Shown one piece after another: positions 10,261 to 20,351 of a stretch of DNA of 64,000 bases. The position numbers and the translations under genes are program-made. Numbering within the stretch: the first letter of the stretch is position 1; each line of letters opens with the position of its first letter. Source of the DNA: a virus (taxonomy: Duplodnaviria > Caudoviricetes); the IMG/VR virus record IMGVR_UViG_3300035208_002098, positions 128,001 through 192,000 of that record. One strand, given 5' to 3'. The notes under the pieces were generated by a model. That model saw only the letters and a list, made by a program, of their open reading frames with translations. It was not told the DNA's origin and ran no database searches.

Positions 10261-11169
10261 TTATTTTAAATTTCTAAACCAAGTATATAGATTTTTTCTG
10301 GTTGATTCATTACCACACATACCTTGTAATTTTTTAAAAAACTTTTTATCTTCTTTTAATAGTGATATATATGTATCAAATTTATGTTCATTTTCATCTT
10401 TTAAGTTAGTTCTACGATAAGAAAGGTACATAATATAACTTGATAAAAACATATCGAAATTTTTGAATGGTGGTTCTTTATATTTATTTGATTGTATAAT
10501 ATCTTTAATATCATTTATAAAATTAACATGTGTTAATATTAACTTAATACCATAATAAGTATAATAAAAATCACCACTGAAATCTGACTCATTTTTAAAG
10601 TAAAAATCAATTACATTAATATCATCTTTATCATATTTTCTATTATAATAATCACGTTTATAATCTTTTTTTTCCTTATCAGCTTCTTTTTCGTTATAAT
10701 AAAATTCAATACCGAATTTTACATATAAGAAAAGTTTAAAACCCCTATCAAGAAAGGAGTCAAGAAAATGATAACGATAACCAGTGGTGTCACTACTATA
10801 TAATTTCCAATTATTTAATTTAAACATGACACCCATTAACTTATCATCTGGTAATTTATCGATTATAATTTTAATATAAACATTTAGATTAATATCTACC
10901 ATACAATAGTTAGTTAATAACCTATTAAAACCGTCTAACAAATAAAATTTATCATCTTCTTTATACGCAAAAAATAGATTACAAACTAAACCAGATTGTT
11001 TAGATTCTAATATTGAATTCTCATCCCTTATATATTTTTCATCAAATTCCCTAAAATTAATATTTGGGTACCAAGATTTAACCATTTCTTGTAAATCCTT
11101 ATATTTAACACTATATAGCTCATAATTAGAGCTAAGTAATTCATCATATCCAGTATCAATTAATTTCAT
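10261..11169 (-). CDS. ParB/DUF262-like domain protein
   Basis: LLDGFNRL motif; start moved to ATG 11169 because the TTG start overlaps a promoter. Confidence 0.55.
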   Translation of the reverse strand: MKLIDTGYDELLSSNYELYSVKYKDLQEMVKSWYPNINFREFDEKYIRDENSILESKQSGLVCNLFFAYKEDDKFYLLDGFNRLLTNYCMVDINLNVYIKIIIDKLPDDKLMGVMFKLNNWKLYSSDTTGYRYHFLDSFLDRGFKLFLYVKFGIEFYYNEKEADKEKKDYKRDYYNRKYDKDDINVIDFYFKNESDFSGDFYYTYYGIKLILTHVNFINDIKDIIQSNKYKEPPFKNFDMFLSSYIMYLSYRRTNLKDENEHKFDTYISLLKEDKKFFKKLQGMCGNESTRKNLYTWFRNLK

Positions 11170-11219
11170 ATAAATTATATTAGTTTGCAAATATACATAT
11201 AATATTCAACATATGCAAA

Positions 11220-11227
11220 TATTTATA
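11220..11227 (+). promoter_or_regulatory. Putative late promoter TATTTATA
   Basis: Motif recurs a short distance upstream of endolysin, HEG and virion-cargo genes. Confidence 0.6.
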
Positions 11228-11256
11228 TAGAAATAATACTAATTAAATTAAAAAAT

Positions 11257-11715
11257 ATGAGTAAGATAGATACATTACACCCAAAAATTAGAGCTGAGGT
11301 TCAAGAGTTAGTTAATACTATTAATAATACTATTTTAACATCAAATGTTAAAATGATTGTAACACAAGGTTTACGAACATTTGCCGAACAAGATGCTTTA
11401 TATAAACAAGTACCTAAAGTAACAAATGCTAAAGGTGGTCAAAGTATACATAATTATGGTTTAGCATTTGATTTTTGTTTAAAAAAAGATAAAACCGCAA
11501 TCTGGGATACAATGAAAGATTTTGATGGTGATAAACACTCTGATTGGATGGAAATAGTTGATTTATTTAAATCTAAAGGTTATGTTTGGGGTGGTGATTT
11601 TAAATCAATTAAAGATGCACCCCATTTTGAAAAATCATTTGGTAATACATGGAAACAATTATTAGCTATGAAGAATGCTGGTAAAGTGGATAAAGATGGT
11701 TATATAACTTTATAA
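11257..11715 (+). CDS. M15 L-Ala-D-Glu peptidase endolysin
   Basis: RTFAEQDALY, SIHNYGLAFD, WGGDF..KDAPHFE. Confidence 0.9.
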   Translation: MSKIDTLHPKIRAEVQELVNTINNTILTSNVKMIVTQGLRTFAEQDALYKQVPKVTNAKGGQSIHNYGLAFDFCLKKDKTAIWDTMKDFDGDKHSDWMEIVDLFKSKGYVWGGDFKSIKDAPHFEKSFGNTWKQLLAMKNAGKVDKDGYITL

Positions 11716-11897
11716 TGGAAGTTAAAATTATTAGTATTATAAATGATATAGAAAAAAATATTATTTATGTTAAAAAAAGTGATGGTTCATTAAATCAAAT
11801 AATAAAAGATGAATTATTATATAATGAAAAAAAACTATTAGAAAAGTATATTAGTTTAATAACTAAAGTAGATAAAATAGAAAATGATACTGAATAA
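11715..11897 (+). CDS. Hypothetical protein
   Basis: TAATG coupling to endolysin. Confidence 0.5.
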   Translation: MEVKIISIINDIEKNIIYVKKSDGSLNQIIKDELLYNEKKLLEKYISLITKVDKIENDTE

Positions 11898-11923
11898 AAA
11901 AGGGGCTTTTAGCCCATTTTTTT
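11895..11923 (+). terminator. Intrinsic terminator
   Basis: GGGC-TTTTA-GCCC hairpin plus T-tract. Confidence 0.6.
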
Positions 11924-12014
11924 ATAACATTTTGTAAAAAATAATTTATTTATTTATCCGGTAAAGGTAAAATACCGTTTATTTTCATAAAATTTATTTT
12001 ATATTTATAATCAT

Positions 12015-12146
12015 ATGAAAGATACTACCAAAATTAATATCACGTTACCAACAAACCTATTAACCAAAATAGAAACCGGTAATTACAATCGTAATAAACT
12101 TATTGTTGACTTATTTAAAAAATATATCGATAATAAACAAAAATAA
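12015..12146 (+). CDS. Ribbon-helix-helix (CopG-like) protein, 43 aa; not in ORF track
   Basis: MKDTTKINITLPTNLLTKIETGNYNRNKLIVDLFKKY; TATTTATA at 12002. Confidence 0.6.
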   Translation: MKDTTKINITLPTNLLTKIETGNYNRNKLIVDLFKKYIDNKQK

Positions 12147-12207
12147 TTACGGTTTTTTGACCGTTTTTATATTTTCTAGATATTTATAATAAAGAAACAA
12201 ATTTATT

Positions 12208-12351
12208 ATGGGAAGAAAGAAATTAATAGAAAAGAAACAAACGGTAAGTATCCGTATACCAAATGACTTATTACATCACCTAGATGGTATAGAAAATAAG
12301 TCAAAATTCTTCGAATGGTTATTACAAGAACATTTTAACACAGTTAAGTAA
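12208..12351 (+). CDS. Ribbon-helix-helix protein, 47 aa; not in ORF track
   Basis: MGRKKLIEKKQTVSIRIPNDLLHHLDGIENKSKFFEWLL; TAATG-coupled to the HNH gene. Confidence 0.65.
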   Translation: MGRKKLIEKKQTVSIRIPNDLLHHLDGIENKSKFFEWLLQEHFNTVK

Positions 12352-12962
12352 TGGGTATGACACCAGAAGAATTAAAACGTAAGCGAAAAGAACGTTATGA
12401 CGCTAACGCTGAAGAATTAAGACGTAAAAGACGTGAATATTACTATAATAACAAAGAGAAATCAGCTGAATATAGTAAACAGTACCACGAAGTTAATCGT
12501 GATAAAAATCTAGAAGTTAAGAAAAAATATCGTGAAGCTAATAAAGAAAAAATAGCTGAAAGTAAAAAGATATGGGACACTAATAATCGTGATAGGATTA
12601 ATGAATACGTTACAAATAGGAAAAAATACGATAAATTATTTAAACTATCTGAAAACTATAGATGTGCTATAAATAAAGCTATTAATAGATTTGGTTACAC
12701 CAAAAAATCTAAAACCACTGAAATACTTGGTTGTACATTTGAGGAATTTAAAGCTTATATCGAATCTAAATTTGAATCATGGATGAATTGGTCCAACCAC
12801 GGATTGTATAATGGTGATTTTAATTATGGTTGGGATATTGACCATATAATACCACTTGCAACTGCAAAGACCGAAGATGATATAATAATGTTGAATCACT
12901 ATACCAATCTTCAGCCTTTATGTAGTCATATTAATAGAGATATTAAGAAAGATAATCTATAA
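12351..12962 (+). mobile_element. HNH homing endonuclease
   Basis: WDIDHIIPL...NHYTNLQPLC..IN; basic N-terminal repeats. Confidence 0.85.
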
Positions 12963-14088
12963 CTCGTTTATATAATTGTTTGTTATTGTATGTAACCATA
13001 TACTCTTTAATAGAATTATGTTTACCGTCATATAACCCAAAAAATAAACCGGTAAAATCACTAAACCCATTTTGTTTTGATATAGATAATACTATATTAG
13101 CTATTACTTTACGTTCAACAATAGTAGTAGATTGTGGTATATAATTAACTATATCTACCCAAGTATTTTCTAAATCATTAATGAAAACATCGTATTTACC
13201 TTTCAGTTCTAGCATTTCATCTTTTCTCTCAGGTACATAAACAAGGTATTCCTCAATTTCATTGGTTTTAATAACTTGCATTATTTCATATTGAGAAGAT
13301 TTAGATTTTAAATGATGTAAAGCGACATATGATGGAGTCTTCATTTTAACTCTATTAAAATTATCATCAACAATAACATAACCTTCAAAAAATGGGTCTG
13401 GCATATTCTCAAATGTTCTTCTAATAGCACCAATATCCATTGCATTTATATCAAATTGTTTAACCACTGGTACACGTAACGCCCAAATAATTTCATGTAA
13501 GTCATCGTATGACAACTCTTCTAAAGTTTCAAGGTTCCTAACACCTAATAATGTAAGTGAAGAAGTTTCATGTGGTTTAACAACTATATTATATGGGGTA
13601 GTTAACTCAAACGCATATGTAAAACCTTTTGTTAATACAGCTTCATGAAAATTAGGTACCATATTTTTAAGTGTAGTCCAAAATAATTTAGCGAATGTTG
13701 TACCAAATTTATTGTTTACTTCGCCATCAGCTTCTGGTGTACCTGTTGTACCAACTAACCATTGATTTTTATGCCAATCCCAATATAATTGAATTAAACT
13801 ACCATCAACTTTTTCTAAAATCTTCGCTGTATTCCAGTCTATTTTAGCTGCATGACCTTCTTCATGATTGAAGAATTTACGGAATGCCAATGACATAACT
13901 TTCCAAGTATCTCTTTCAAGGATAAGACCTCTACAGTCTTGAGTTTCTTCAAAAGCCATTGGTGATTCTAGTTGATTATATTTCAACAGAATCTTATTTT
14001 CACATACATTAGTTTTAAGCTTAAAAGTTTCAATTGCTTTCGCTAAACCATGTAATTTTATATATTTTACTATTGCTAATTCTTTCAT
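12943..14088 (-). CDS. RNA ligase 1 (T4 Rnl1-like)
   Basis: CRGLIL, FRKFFN, EKVDGS, EGYVI, RVKMK. Confidence 0.85.
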   Translation of the reverse strand: MKELAIVKYIKLHGLAKAIETFKLKTNVCENKILLKYNQLESPMAFEETQDCRGLILERDTWKVMSLAFRKFFNHEEGHAAKIDWNTAKILEKVDGSLIQLYWDWHKNQWLVGTTGTPEADGEVNNKFGTTFAKLFWTTLKNMVPNFHEAVLTKGFTYAFELTTPYNIVVKPHETSSLTLLGVRNLETLEELSYDDLHEIIWALRVPVVKQFDINAMDIGAIRRTFENMPDPFFEGYVIVDDNFNRVKMKTPSYVALHHLKSKSSQYEIMQVIKTNEIEEYLVYVPERKDEMLELKGKYDVFINDLENTWVDIVNYIPQSTTIVERKVIANIVLSISKQNGFSDFTGLFFGLYDGKHNSIKEYMVTYNNKQLYKRVIDYLS

Positions 14089-14091
14089 TTT

Positions 14092-14424
14092 TTATAATTC
14101 TATATTATTTAAATTTCCAATTTTTTCGTCTACACCTAAAATAGCTTTTTTATATTCAATCTCTATTTTGCTCTTATAATGGATAAGTTCTGCTTTTCGA
14201 TAAGCTATATATTCTTCAACAGCTTGTTTAGTACTTAATACCATCTCATTGGTAACAGAGTCACCATCACGACTTACTGTTGTTTCTTTAAAATCATCAT
14301 ATGTAACAATTGTTACCTGACCTTTAGATATTTTAAGAACTTTACCATAAGTATTCCAAGCTTTAAACATTCTATCAGCGTCCCATTTAACGTAACACCC
14401 AGCTTTTAATTTTTTACCATCCAT
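14092..14424 (-). CDS. Hypothetical protein
   Basis: ORF behind a TAnnTTTG promoter. Confidence 0.6.
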   Translation of the reverse strand: MDGKKLKAGCYVKWDADRMFKAWNTYGKVLKISKGQVTIVTYDDFKETTVSRDGDSVTNEMVLSTKQAVEEYIAYRKAELIHYKSKIEIEYKKAILGVDEKIGNLNNIEL

Positions 14425-14493
14425 AATTAATAATCTTTAATTAAATTTATGCAAATATACAATATTATTTTGTAACCACCAAATAATTTATTA

Positions 14494-15528
14494 TTATTTT
14501 ATATATTCGTTAAGAATATCTTCATTATCAACCCAACTACCATTTAAATTACCATTTGGATGTAATACCATTTCATACACCGTATCAGGGTGTTTTTCCT
14601 TTTCATCATATAATTTAACTAGGTTAGCACCTTCCGAACACATATCAATATTTTGAAATTTATATACTTCAACATAATAATAGTATCCTAATAAATTTCT
14701 AATTGGTGTAAATCTATTATCATTATCAACTTTCGACCAAATATCATTTAATAAGATTTTATTATCTATATTATAATCCATTTTTTCTTGGTTAATCATT
14801 TTTGTTGTATCAAAATCCATTAATTCACGAAATATGATATTATCCATACCTAAATTTTGATAAAATTCCATATATTTAACCATTTCTTCTAATGAGTCGA
14901 TACCATCTTGTAACAATATACAACTCATACGTGGTCTTAACCCATTTGCTAATGATATTGTAGCTATTGTCTCAAGCATTTCGTTAGAACAATATCCAAT
15001 ATCATAACGCATAATATCTTTATTAATGGTTTCATCGTAATGTGATTTGCTTATATTCAAATGGTCAAATTTATTATCTATAATATGTTGTAATACTGTT
15101 TTACCTTCCATTATATCAAATAACCCACTACCATTAGTAGTTAAAGTCCTTTTACGATACCCATGTTTATTTATAATACGTAATATTTCCGGTAATCTTT
15201 TACTTTTAGTTGGTTCACCACCAGTAATTGAAATACTTGGGTTAATAGGTTTTAAGTATTCTAAAATAGCGTCAATTCTTTGAAAATATTCTTCATCATT
15301 TGTTATTTTTCCCTTTTTAAATGTTTGACTTCTATTTTCAAATCTTAATTGTGCTACACAAAACTTACAATCAGCATTACAATAATCATCAACAAAAATG
15401 GATAAATTTACATTACTATATACCTTTTTTTCCACACCATTAAAATTAAATGGGTATAAATTAAAATCTTCTACGTTGTAAAGTTCTTGTCTTTTTTCTC
15501 TAATCGGAGCAAATTTCATACATTTCAT
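14494..15528 (-). CDS. Radical SAM protein
   Basis: CNADCKFC, ITGGEPT, TTNG. Confidence 0.85.
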   Translation of the reverse strand: MKCMKFAPIREKRQELYNVEDFNLYPFNFNGVEKKVYSNVNLSIFVDDYCNADCKFCVAQLRFENRSQTFKKGKITNDEEYFQRIDAILEYLKPINPSISITGGEPTKSKRLPEILRIINKHGYRKRTLTTNGSGLFDIMEGKTVLQHIIDNKFDHLNISKSHYDETINKDIMRYDIGYCSNEMLETIATISLANGLRPRMSCILLQDGIDSLEEMVKYMEFYQNLGMDNIIFRELMDFDTTKMINQEKMDYNIDNKILLNDIWSKVDNDNRFTPIRNLLGYYYYVEVYKFQNIDMCSEGANLVKLYDEKEKHPDTVYEMVLHPNGNLNGSWVDNEDILNEYIK

Positions 15529-16202
15529 TATTTTAAATTTTTTTCGTATTCACTTCTACTAATCAAATCGATTCCAAAACATGTTCCATCTGAAGCATAT
15601 AGATTAAATTCTTCAATGTTTTGCACTATAAATGGTTTAACATACGTATTATCATCCATTCTCCCATAGTTCTGTAATTCATACACTATTGATTGTTCAA
15701 TTATCTTATATTCAGTTAGTTTATCAACTAACCAATCATCATCTTTACGTATTCTAACATTAAATTCAACCTTAAAATTAGGTATAAATTCGGTTGCTAA
15801 ATATAAATCACGACATTTCTTGAATATATCGTTATCCAAAATATAAAGATAATAATTTATACTTCTTTTAATAACCATAAAGATATTTGAACTATCACAA
15901 AAATCAGTTAAACGTTGAAGGTGTTTTGTCAAAATAATACCATTCGTTGAAATTGTTATCTTCTTACATCTACCAGAATATCTAGCATATTCTAAGAATA
16001 AATAAAAATCATCATGTAAAAATGGTTCCCCACCTTCTAATTGTAATTCAAAAAATTCATCAGACCCATCAATAATTTCTTTAAATTTTTCAAATTGAAG
16101 AAATGTAGTTTTATTAGGTTCACTAAACATACAACAGAAATCACATTTAACATTGCATTTATTAGTTAAATTCAAATATATTCGTCTTTTAGCAATACAC
16201 AT
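15528..16202 (-). CDS. Radical SAM protein
   Basis: CNVKCDFC, GGEPFL, STNG. Confidence 0.85.
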   Translation of the reverse strand: MCIAKRRIYLNLTNKCNVKCDFCCMFSEPNKTTFLQFEKFKEIIDGSDEFFELQLEGGEPFLHDDFYLFLEYARYSGRCKKITISTNGIILTKHLQRLTDFCDSSNIFMVIKRSINYYLYILDNDIFKKCRDLYLATEFIPNFKVEFNVRIRKDDDWLVDKLTEYKIIEQSIVYELQNYGRMDDNTYVKPFIVQNIEEFNLYASDGTCFGIDLISRSEYEKNLK

Positions 16203-16328
16203 AATTAATATTTTAAATTAAACATATGCAAATATACAACATTAATTCGTAACCACAAAATATTTTCAAAAAAAAGTGTTAACTTATTAAAATTAACACC
16301 CATTTTTAATTATTTATATTAAAAAATC

Positions 16329-17072
16329 TTAATATACACCTCTTTCAACTAAAATATTAGTTATTATCATTCTATGAATGTGACCAATGTGTTTAACATT
16401 AGCTAGTATATTTTGTAAGTGCTCAGTTTCACACTCGATTAATTTAACATACTTTAACGGGTCATTACCATCTTTACCATAAGTACCCCAAATAAGTTTA
16501 TTTTTAATTACTTCTAAATCATCAGTATCCATTAATTGTAATGATTCCGATGTGTTATTTTCACCAAAACTACATCTAAAATACTCACCACCTCCATCAA
16601 CCATTACATGATTATCACAACCACATTCTTTATAGTCATGTACATCCCTAGATGTTATAATATTACCACATTTTTTACAAAGCATGGCGTTTTGTATGAT
16701 TTTACCATTTTCTTTATAATCTGATTCTTGTTCAACCTCATTATCAGTTGTAGTTGGTAATAAACCCTTAGTTTGTAAGACTTTCTCCCAATCATTTAAT
16801 TTTTCAGACATCTTAGCGGTTATTTGTTCTTCAGTATAACCTTGTTTGAATAAATTATCATAAACCATAATTAAACTATCAGCACCTTCTTCTAATACAT
16901 GGTCATCTAATTCTTCCGGGGTTTTAGGTGTCTTAGCAACCTTAAATTCAATTTTTTCTAAGTAAGCTGCTGACCACTCACCTATTTCTTCAATAAGTTT
17001 CATAAAACGTGTTGGAACTTCAGCAATTTCTTTATCACTAAATGATTTTATCCTTTCAATAACTTCTTTCAT
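16329..17072 (-). CDS. MazG-like NTP pyrophosphatase fused to a Cys/His zinc-ribbon domain
   Basis: KLIEEIGE...EEGAD; CKKC...HDYKECGC..VDGG. Confidence 0.7.
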   Translation of the reverse strand: MKEVIERIKSFSDKEIAEVPTRFMKLIEEIGEWSAAYLEKIEFKVAKTPKTPEELDDHVLEEGADSLIMVYDNLFKQGYTEEQITAKMSEKLNDWEKVLQTKGLLPTTTDNEVEQESDYKENGKIIQNAMLCKKCGNIITSRDVHDYKECGCDNHVMVDGGGEYFRCSFGENNTSESLQLMDTDDLEVIKNKLIWGTYGKDGNDPLKYVKLIECETEHLQNILANVKHIGHIHRMIITNILVERGVY

Positions 17073-17147
17073 ATTAAATATTTTTAATTATGAGACAAAG
17101 ATACAAATAAATTTTGATATATGCAACAATATTGGTAAATTAATTTG

Positions 17148-17184
17148 TGACCCATGAGGAATTCGAATCCCCAACCTCTTGGTT
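17148..17184 (-). pseudogene. 3' half of a disrupted canonical tRNA (probably Arg)
   Basis: AACCAAG-AGGTT-GGGGA TTCGAAT TCCTC-ATGGGTC-A; acceptor strand pairs with the 5' half at 18014-18043. Confidence 0.75.
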
Positions 17185-17191
17185 ATTATTG

Positions 17192-17271
17192 AACGAGTGG
17201 AGGGATTCGAACCCACATTTACAACTCCGTTTACGTTTATATAGTTCGTAGCTATACTCGGTTACACTCGC
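17192..17271 (-). tRNA. D-arm-less tRNA-like RNA, anticodon ACG (Arg)
   Basis: GCGAGTG/CACTCGT acceptor, TATAG-CTACGAA-CTATA arm, TTCGAAT T-loop; overlaps the HNH stop. Confidence 0.7.
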
Positions 17272-17917
17272 TTATGATATTATATCTTTTAACCCATTTT
17301 CTGACCGTATTATCACTAACACCATATTTTCTACCTATTGCACAATACGACATATTTTTAATCATATCATTAAGTTCTAATTCTGTTGGCCATTCAACTT
17401 TCCTAAGGTCTAATCTAATTTTATTTACTGTTCTACCATCTATTTTTTTTACTTTATTTTCCGGTAAACCTTTACTTCCAAGACAATGTGTTGGTAAAGT
17501 TGAATTACAATTTGGGCATAAAAACCTTAAATTTTCTAATCTGTTATCATTATTAACACCATTAATGTGGTCTAATATTAAAGTTATTTTTTCACCTAAC
17601 CATTCACCTTTATTACCACATTTAACACATTTATACTCTAATAAATTATCATTAATAATTCTTTTTTTTATACAAGCCCGACTTATAATCGAATCCTTAG
17701 TAAAAAGCACATCATTTTCATACTTTGTTCGAACTCCAATATTTTCACGTTTTATTGTAAAATGACTAACATCTATCTCATATCGAACCAATAATTTCTT
17801 TAATATTTTATACGAACCACCAGACTCATTCCTATTTAGTTTTACCAACACTTCTCTATAACTATTACAACCAGCAACTATTATAACCAGCTCACTCTTT
17901 TCATATCTTTTATACAT
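17252..17917 (-). mobile_element. HNH homing endonuclease inside a tRNA gene
   Basis: CVKC, LDHINGVNNDNRLENLRFLCPNCN, C-terminal HTH. Confidence 0.9.
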
Positions 17918-18013
17918 ATATCGAACCTTTATATATAAATATATCGAATAATATGAAAGTTCGAATTATTTTAAATATTATTAGGTATTCAAAATCATAA
18001 AAATATAATATTT

Positions 18014-18043
18014 AGTGCTCTAATCCGATTGAGCTAATGAGCC
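18014..18043 (-). pseudogene. 5' half of the disrupted tRNA
   Basis: GGCTCAT-TA-GCTC AATCGGATTA GAGC-A-CT, then breaks off. Confidence 0.75.
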
Positions 18044-18059
18044 AAATATATAACGTTTG

Positions 18060-18143
18060 CGGAAGAAGTAGAGTCCGAGTCCAATGCCTTACGGCACACA
18101 TTGTTTAGCAAACAAGTCCACCAGCCCCAGTGGTTCATCTTCC
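18060..18143 (-). tRNA. tRNA-Ser(GCT), atypical 8/4 fold
   Basis: TTGCTAA loop, long V-arm, 8-position acceptor (one U-U), 4-bp T stem, T-loop CTCGGAC. Confidence 0.7.
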
Positions 18144-18165
18144 ATTTAATAAGTATTTGTTTATG

Positions 18166-18237
18166 TGACCTCACTGGAATTCGAATCCAGATTTAAAGTT
18201 TAGGAAACTCCCGTTCTATCCATTAAACTATGTGGCC
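18166..18237 (-). tRNA. tRNA-Arg(CCT)
   Basis: Canonical cloverleaf, TTCCTAA loop. Confidence 0.85.
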
Positions 18238-18238
18238 A

Positions 18239-18481
18239 TTAAGGATTAATTTGTTGTTGAATATCTTTAATATGTGTTACAATATTTTGAACATTAACAT
18301 GTTTAACTGCTTTAGTTAAAAAATCTATTGTGGTCTCATCATTTTGATACATATCAATAGCACCTAGAATATTATTTAATTCGTTACGTAATCGTTCAAT
18401 TGGTGTTTCATTTTCTTCATATTCACCATTTGAAAATTCCATTAAATTTTCTCTAATTTTAATTTTAGTATCTCGTTTCAT
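18239..18481 (-). CDS. Hypothetical protein
   Basis: 80-aa ORF behind TATTTA motif; KIKIRE N-terminus. Confidence 0.55.
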   Translation of the reverse strand: MKRDTKIKIRENLMEFSNGEYEENETPIERLRNELNNILGAIDMYQNDETTIDFLTKAVKHVNVQNIVTHIKDIQQQINP

Positions 18482-18511
18482 TGTATTAATATTATATACA
18501 ATAAATATCTA

Positions 18512-19114
18512 TCAATTCTTATAGTTCTTAACATACCTATCTTTTCTAGCAGAATTTTTATTCTTAGATTTATATGTTCCTAATTGCGAATCACAATTAG
18601 GGCATACACACCTTAAATTACTTCTAGTATTATTACTAGCATCACCATCAATATGGTCTAATATAAATACTATAGGTTTATTATTCCAAATATCTAACAT
18701 CCTACATATATCACATAAATTATTTTGTTCTTTTAAAATATGTGGTTTTATAGCTTTAGTATCATATAATATACCACGATATTGCTCTTGATTAATTAAA
18801 TAATTTTCATACGTTGAATTCATCTTATATTCACTAGAACATCTTATACTACAAAATTTTTGTTTATCATAACTAGTTGTAATACATTTACCACAATTTA
18901 AACAAATAATTTTTTTTATTGTACCAGTATTATATGGTTTAAAACCTTCAGGAAAAGTCTTCCTTGTAATCAATTGTATACCTAAACGTTTACATACTTT
19001 TTTTATGTAAGTATCACTAACACCATATATCTCACCTATTTTAGTATAGGGTAATTTTTCTTCAAAAATTAATTTTTCTAAATCACCCTTTTTGTATTTA
19101 TCTTCAAAATTCAT
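18512..19114 (-). mobile_element. HNH homing endonuclease
   Basis: LDHIDGDASNNTRSNLRCVCPNCD; N-terminal HTH and zinc ribbon. Confidence 0.9.
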
Positions 19115-19196
19115 AATATGTTTTATTATAAATATCTAGATAAATAATAAACGAACCAAAAGTAAATATTTTTTTAAGTTTACTTTTGGTTCGTTG

Positions 19197-19282
19197 TGAA
19201 CGAGGGGGGAGTCGAACCCACAAGTACTTTACAGTAAACGATTTAGAAGACCGTGACGCTTCCAATTACGTGCTACTCGTCC
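19197..19282 (-). tRNA. tRNA-Arg(TCT) with long variable arm
   Basis: ACGGT-CTTCTAA-ATCGT arm, 16-nt V region. Confidence 0.8.
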
Positions 19283-19303
19283 ATTACACCATGAAGGCAT
19301 TTT

Positions 19304-19447
19304 TTAATGTTTATATAATTTGAATATAGTTTCTTCTATTTCATCACGAATATCTTCATCCGTTAATTTAATATCCTTCATCTCATCTTCTATCATAATA
19401 TCCTCATTAATAATAGTCATTTCTATTTTATCATCTATGTTTTTCAT
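19304..19447 (-). CDS. Small acidic protein, 47 aa; not in ORF track
   Basis: MKNIDDKIEMTIINEDIMIEDEMKDIKLTDEDIRDEIEET; promoter at 19474. Confidence 0.5.
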   Translation of the reverse strand: MKNIDDKIEMTIINEDIMIEDEMKDIKLTDEDIRDEIEETIFKLYKH

Positions 19448-19532
19448 ATGTTTATCCTTTTACTATAATTATCACAAATATACTAAATAGTTAAGATAAA
19501 TTCAATATTTTCTTAACCAATTTATTAAAAAG

Positions 19533-19612
19533 AGGTCTAGGTGGGGGTCGAACCCACATTTACAATATCCATTACCCGTAACAGTTTCGAAGACTGAGGG
19601 GATTACAAGACC
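19533..19612 (-). tRNA. D-arm-less tRNA-like RNA, anticodon TCG (Arg)
   Basis: GGTCTTG/CTAGACC, CAGT-CTTCGAA-ACTG, GTGGG-TTCGACC-CCCAC. Confidence 0.7.
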
Positions 19613-19613
19613 A

Positions 19614-20015
19614 TTACCCTATTGGTGCAACATATCTAGGGTTTTCGTTTCTTAATATAGCTATTAACTTTCTAATTTCTTTAGGTTGTTCACTATACCA
19701 ATTATTGGCTTCAATAACTAAATCATTATATTCTTCCTCACTATAACAGAATATTTTACCATCAATTTCGATATCAGTACTAGCGAGTGATAATTCCGGA
19801 TAGTCAATAATAGGTTCTAAAACAATACCAGCAACGTTAACCCAAAAATTATAATCCTCATCAGATAATTCAATTCTACCGTTACTAAATAAACTATCAA
19901 TCATAATTTTAGCATCAAATATAGTACAATTAAAATATTTTTTAGCTTCACTTATAGCATTATGTCTACCAAATTTAAATATACCGTTATACGATATTAC
20001 ATAATATTTTTTCAT
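19614..20015 (-). CDS. Hypothetical protein
   Basis: Likely start MKKYY; promoter at 20037. Confidence 0.55.
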   Translation of the reverse strand: MKKYYVISYNGIFKFGRHNAISEAKKYFNCTIFDAKIMIDSLFSNGRIELSDEDYNFWVNVAGIVLEPIIDYPELSLASTDIEIDGKIFCYSEEEYNDLVIEANNWYSEQPKEIRKLIAILRNENPRYVAPIG

Positions 20016-20083
20016 AATTAAATTGTTATTAGAATACAAAGATAATACAATTAATTTAATTTACCAAATATTTTATTTTTTAG

Positions 20084-20168
20084 TACACCCGGAGGGATTC
20101 GAACCCCCAAGAACATAAAGTCACCTCTTTAGAAGAGAGGGACGCTTCCAATTACGTGCTACGGATGC
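20084..20168 (-). tRNA. tRNA-Arg(TCT) with long variable arm
   Basis: CCTCT-CTTCTAA-AGAGG; D region identical to 19197-19282. Confidence 0.8.
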
Positions 20169-20177
20169 ATTTTTAAG

Positions 20178-20264
20178 AGGGAAGGGTGGGAGTCGAACCC
20201 ACGATGGAACTTACGTTCACCAGATTAACAGTCTGGACTTTTCGACCACTAAAGCAACCGACCC
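20178..20264 (-). tRNA. tRNA-Asn(GTT) on a type II (Tyr-like) body
   Basis: CCAGA-CTGTTAA-TCTGG, V-arm GAAC-GTAA-GTTC. Confidence 0.7.
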
Positions 20265-20351
20265 ATGGCGTGATTATTTGAACTAGCGTTCTGGAACTAC
20301 TAAACCTCGTCATACTCTAATCACAATAACCAATAAGTATGCAGAACCTCG

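Noticed and set aside
17274-17765. Plus-strand 163-aa ORF and similar antisense ORFs (795, 7654, 26056, 47861, 52710, 56269, 57896 etc.)
   Set aside because: Shadows of well-supported minus-strand genes with no motifs
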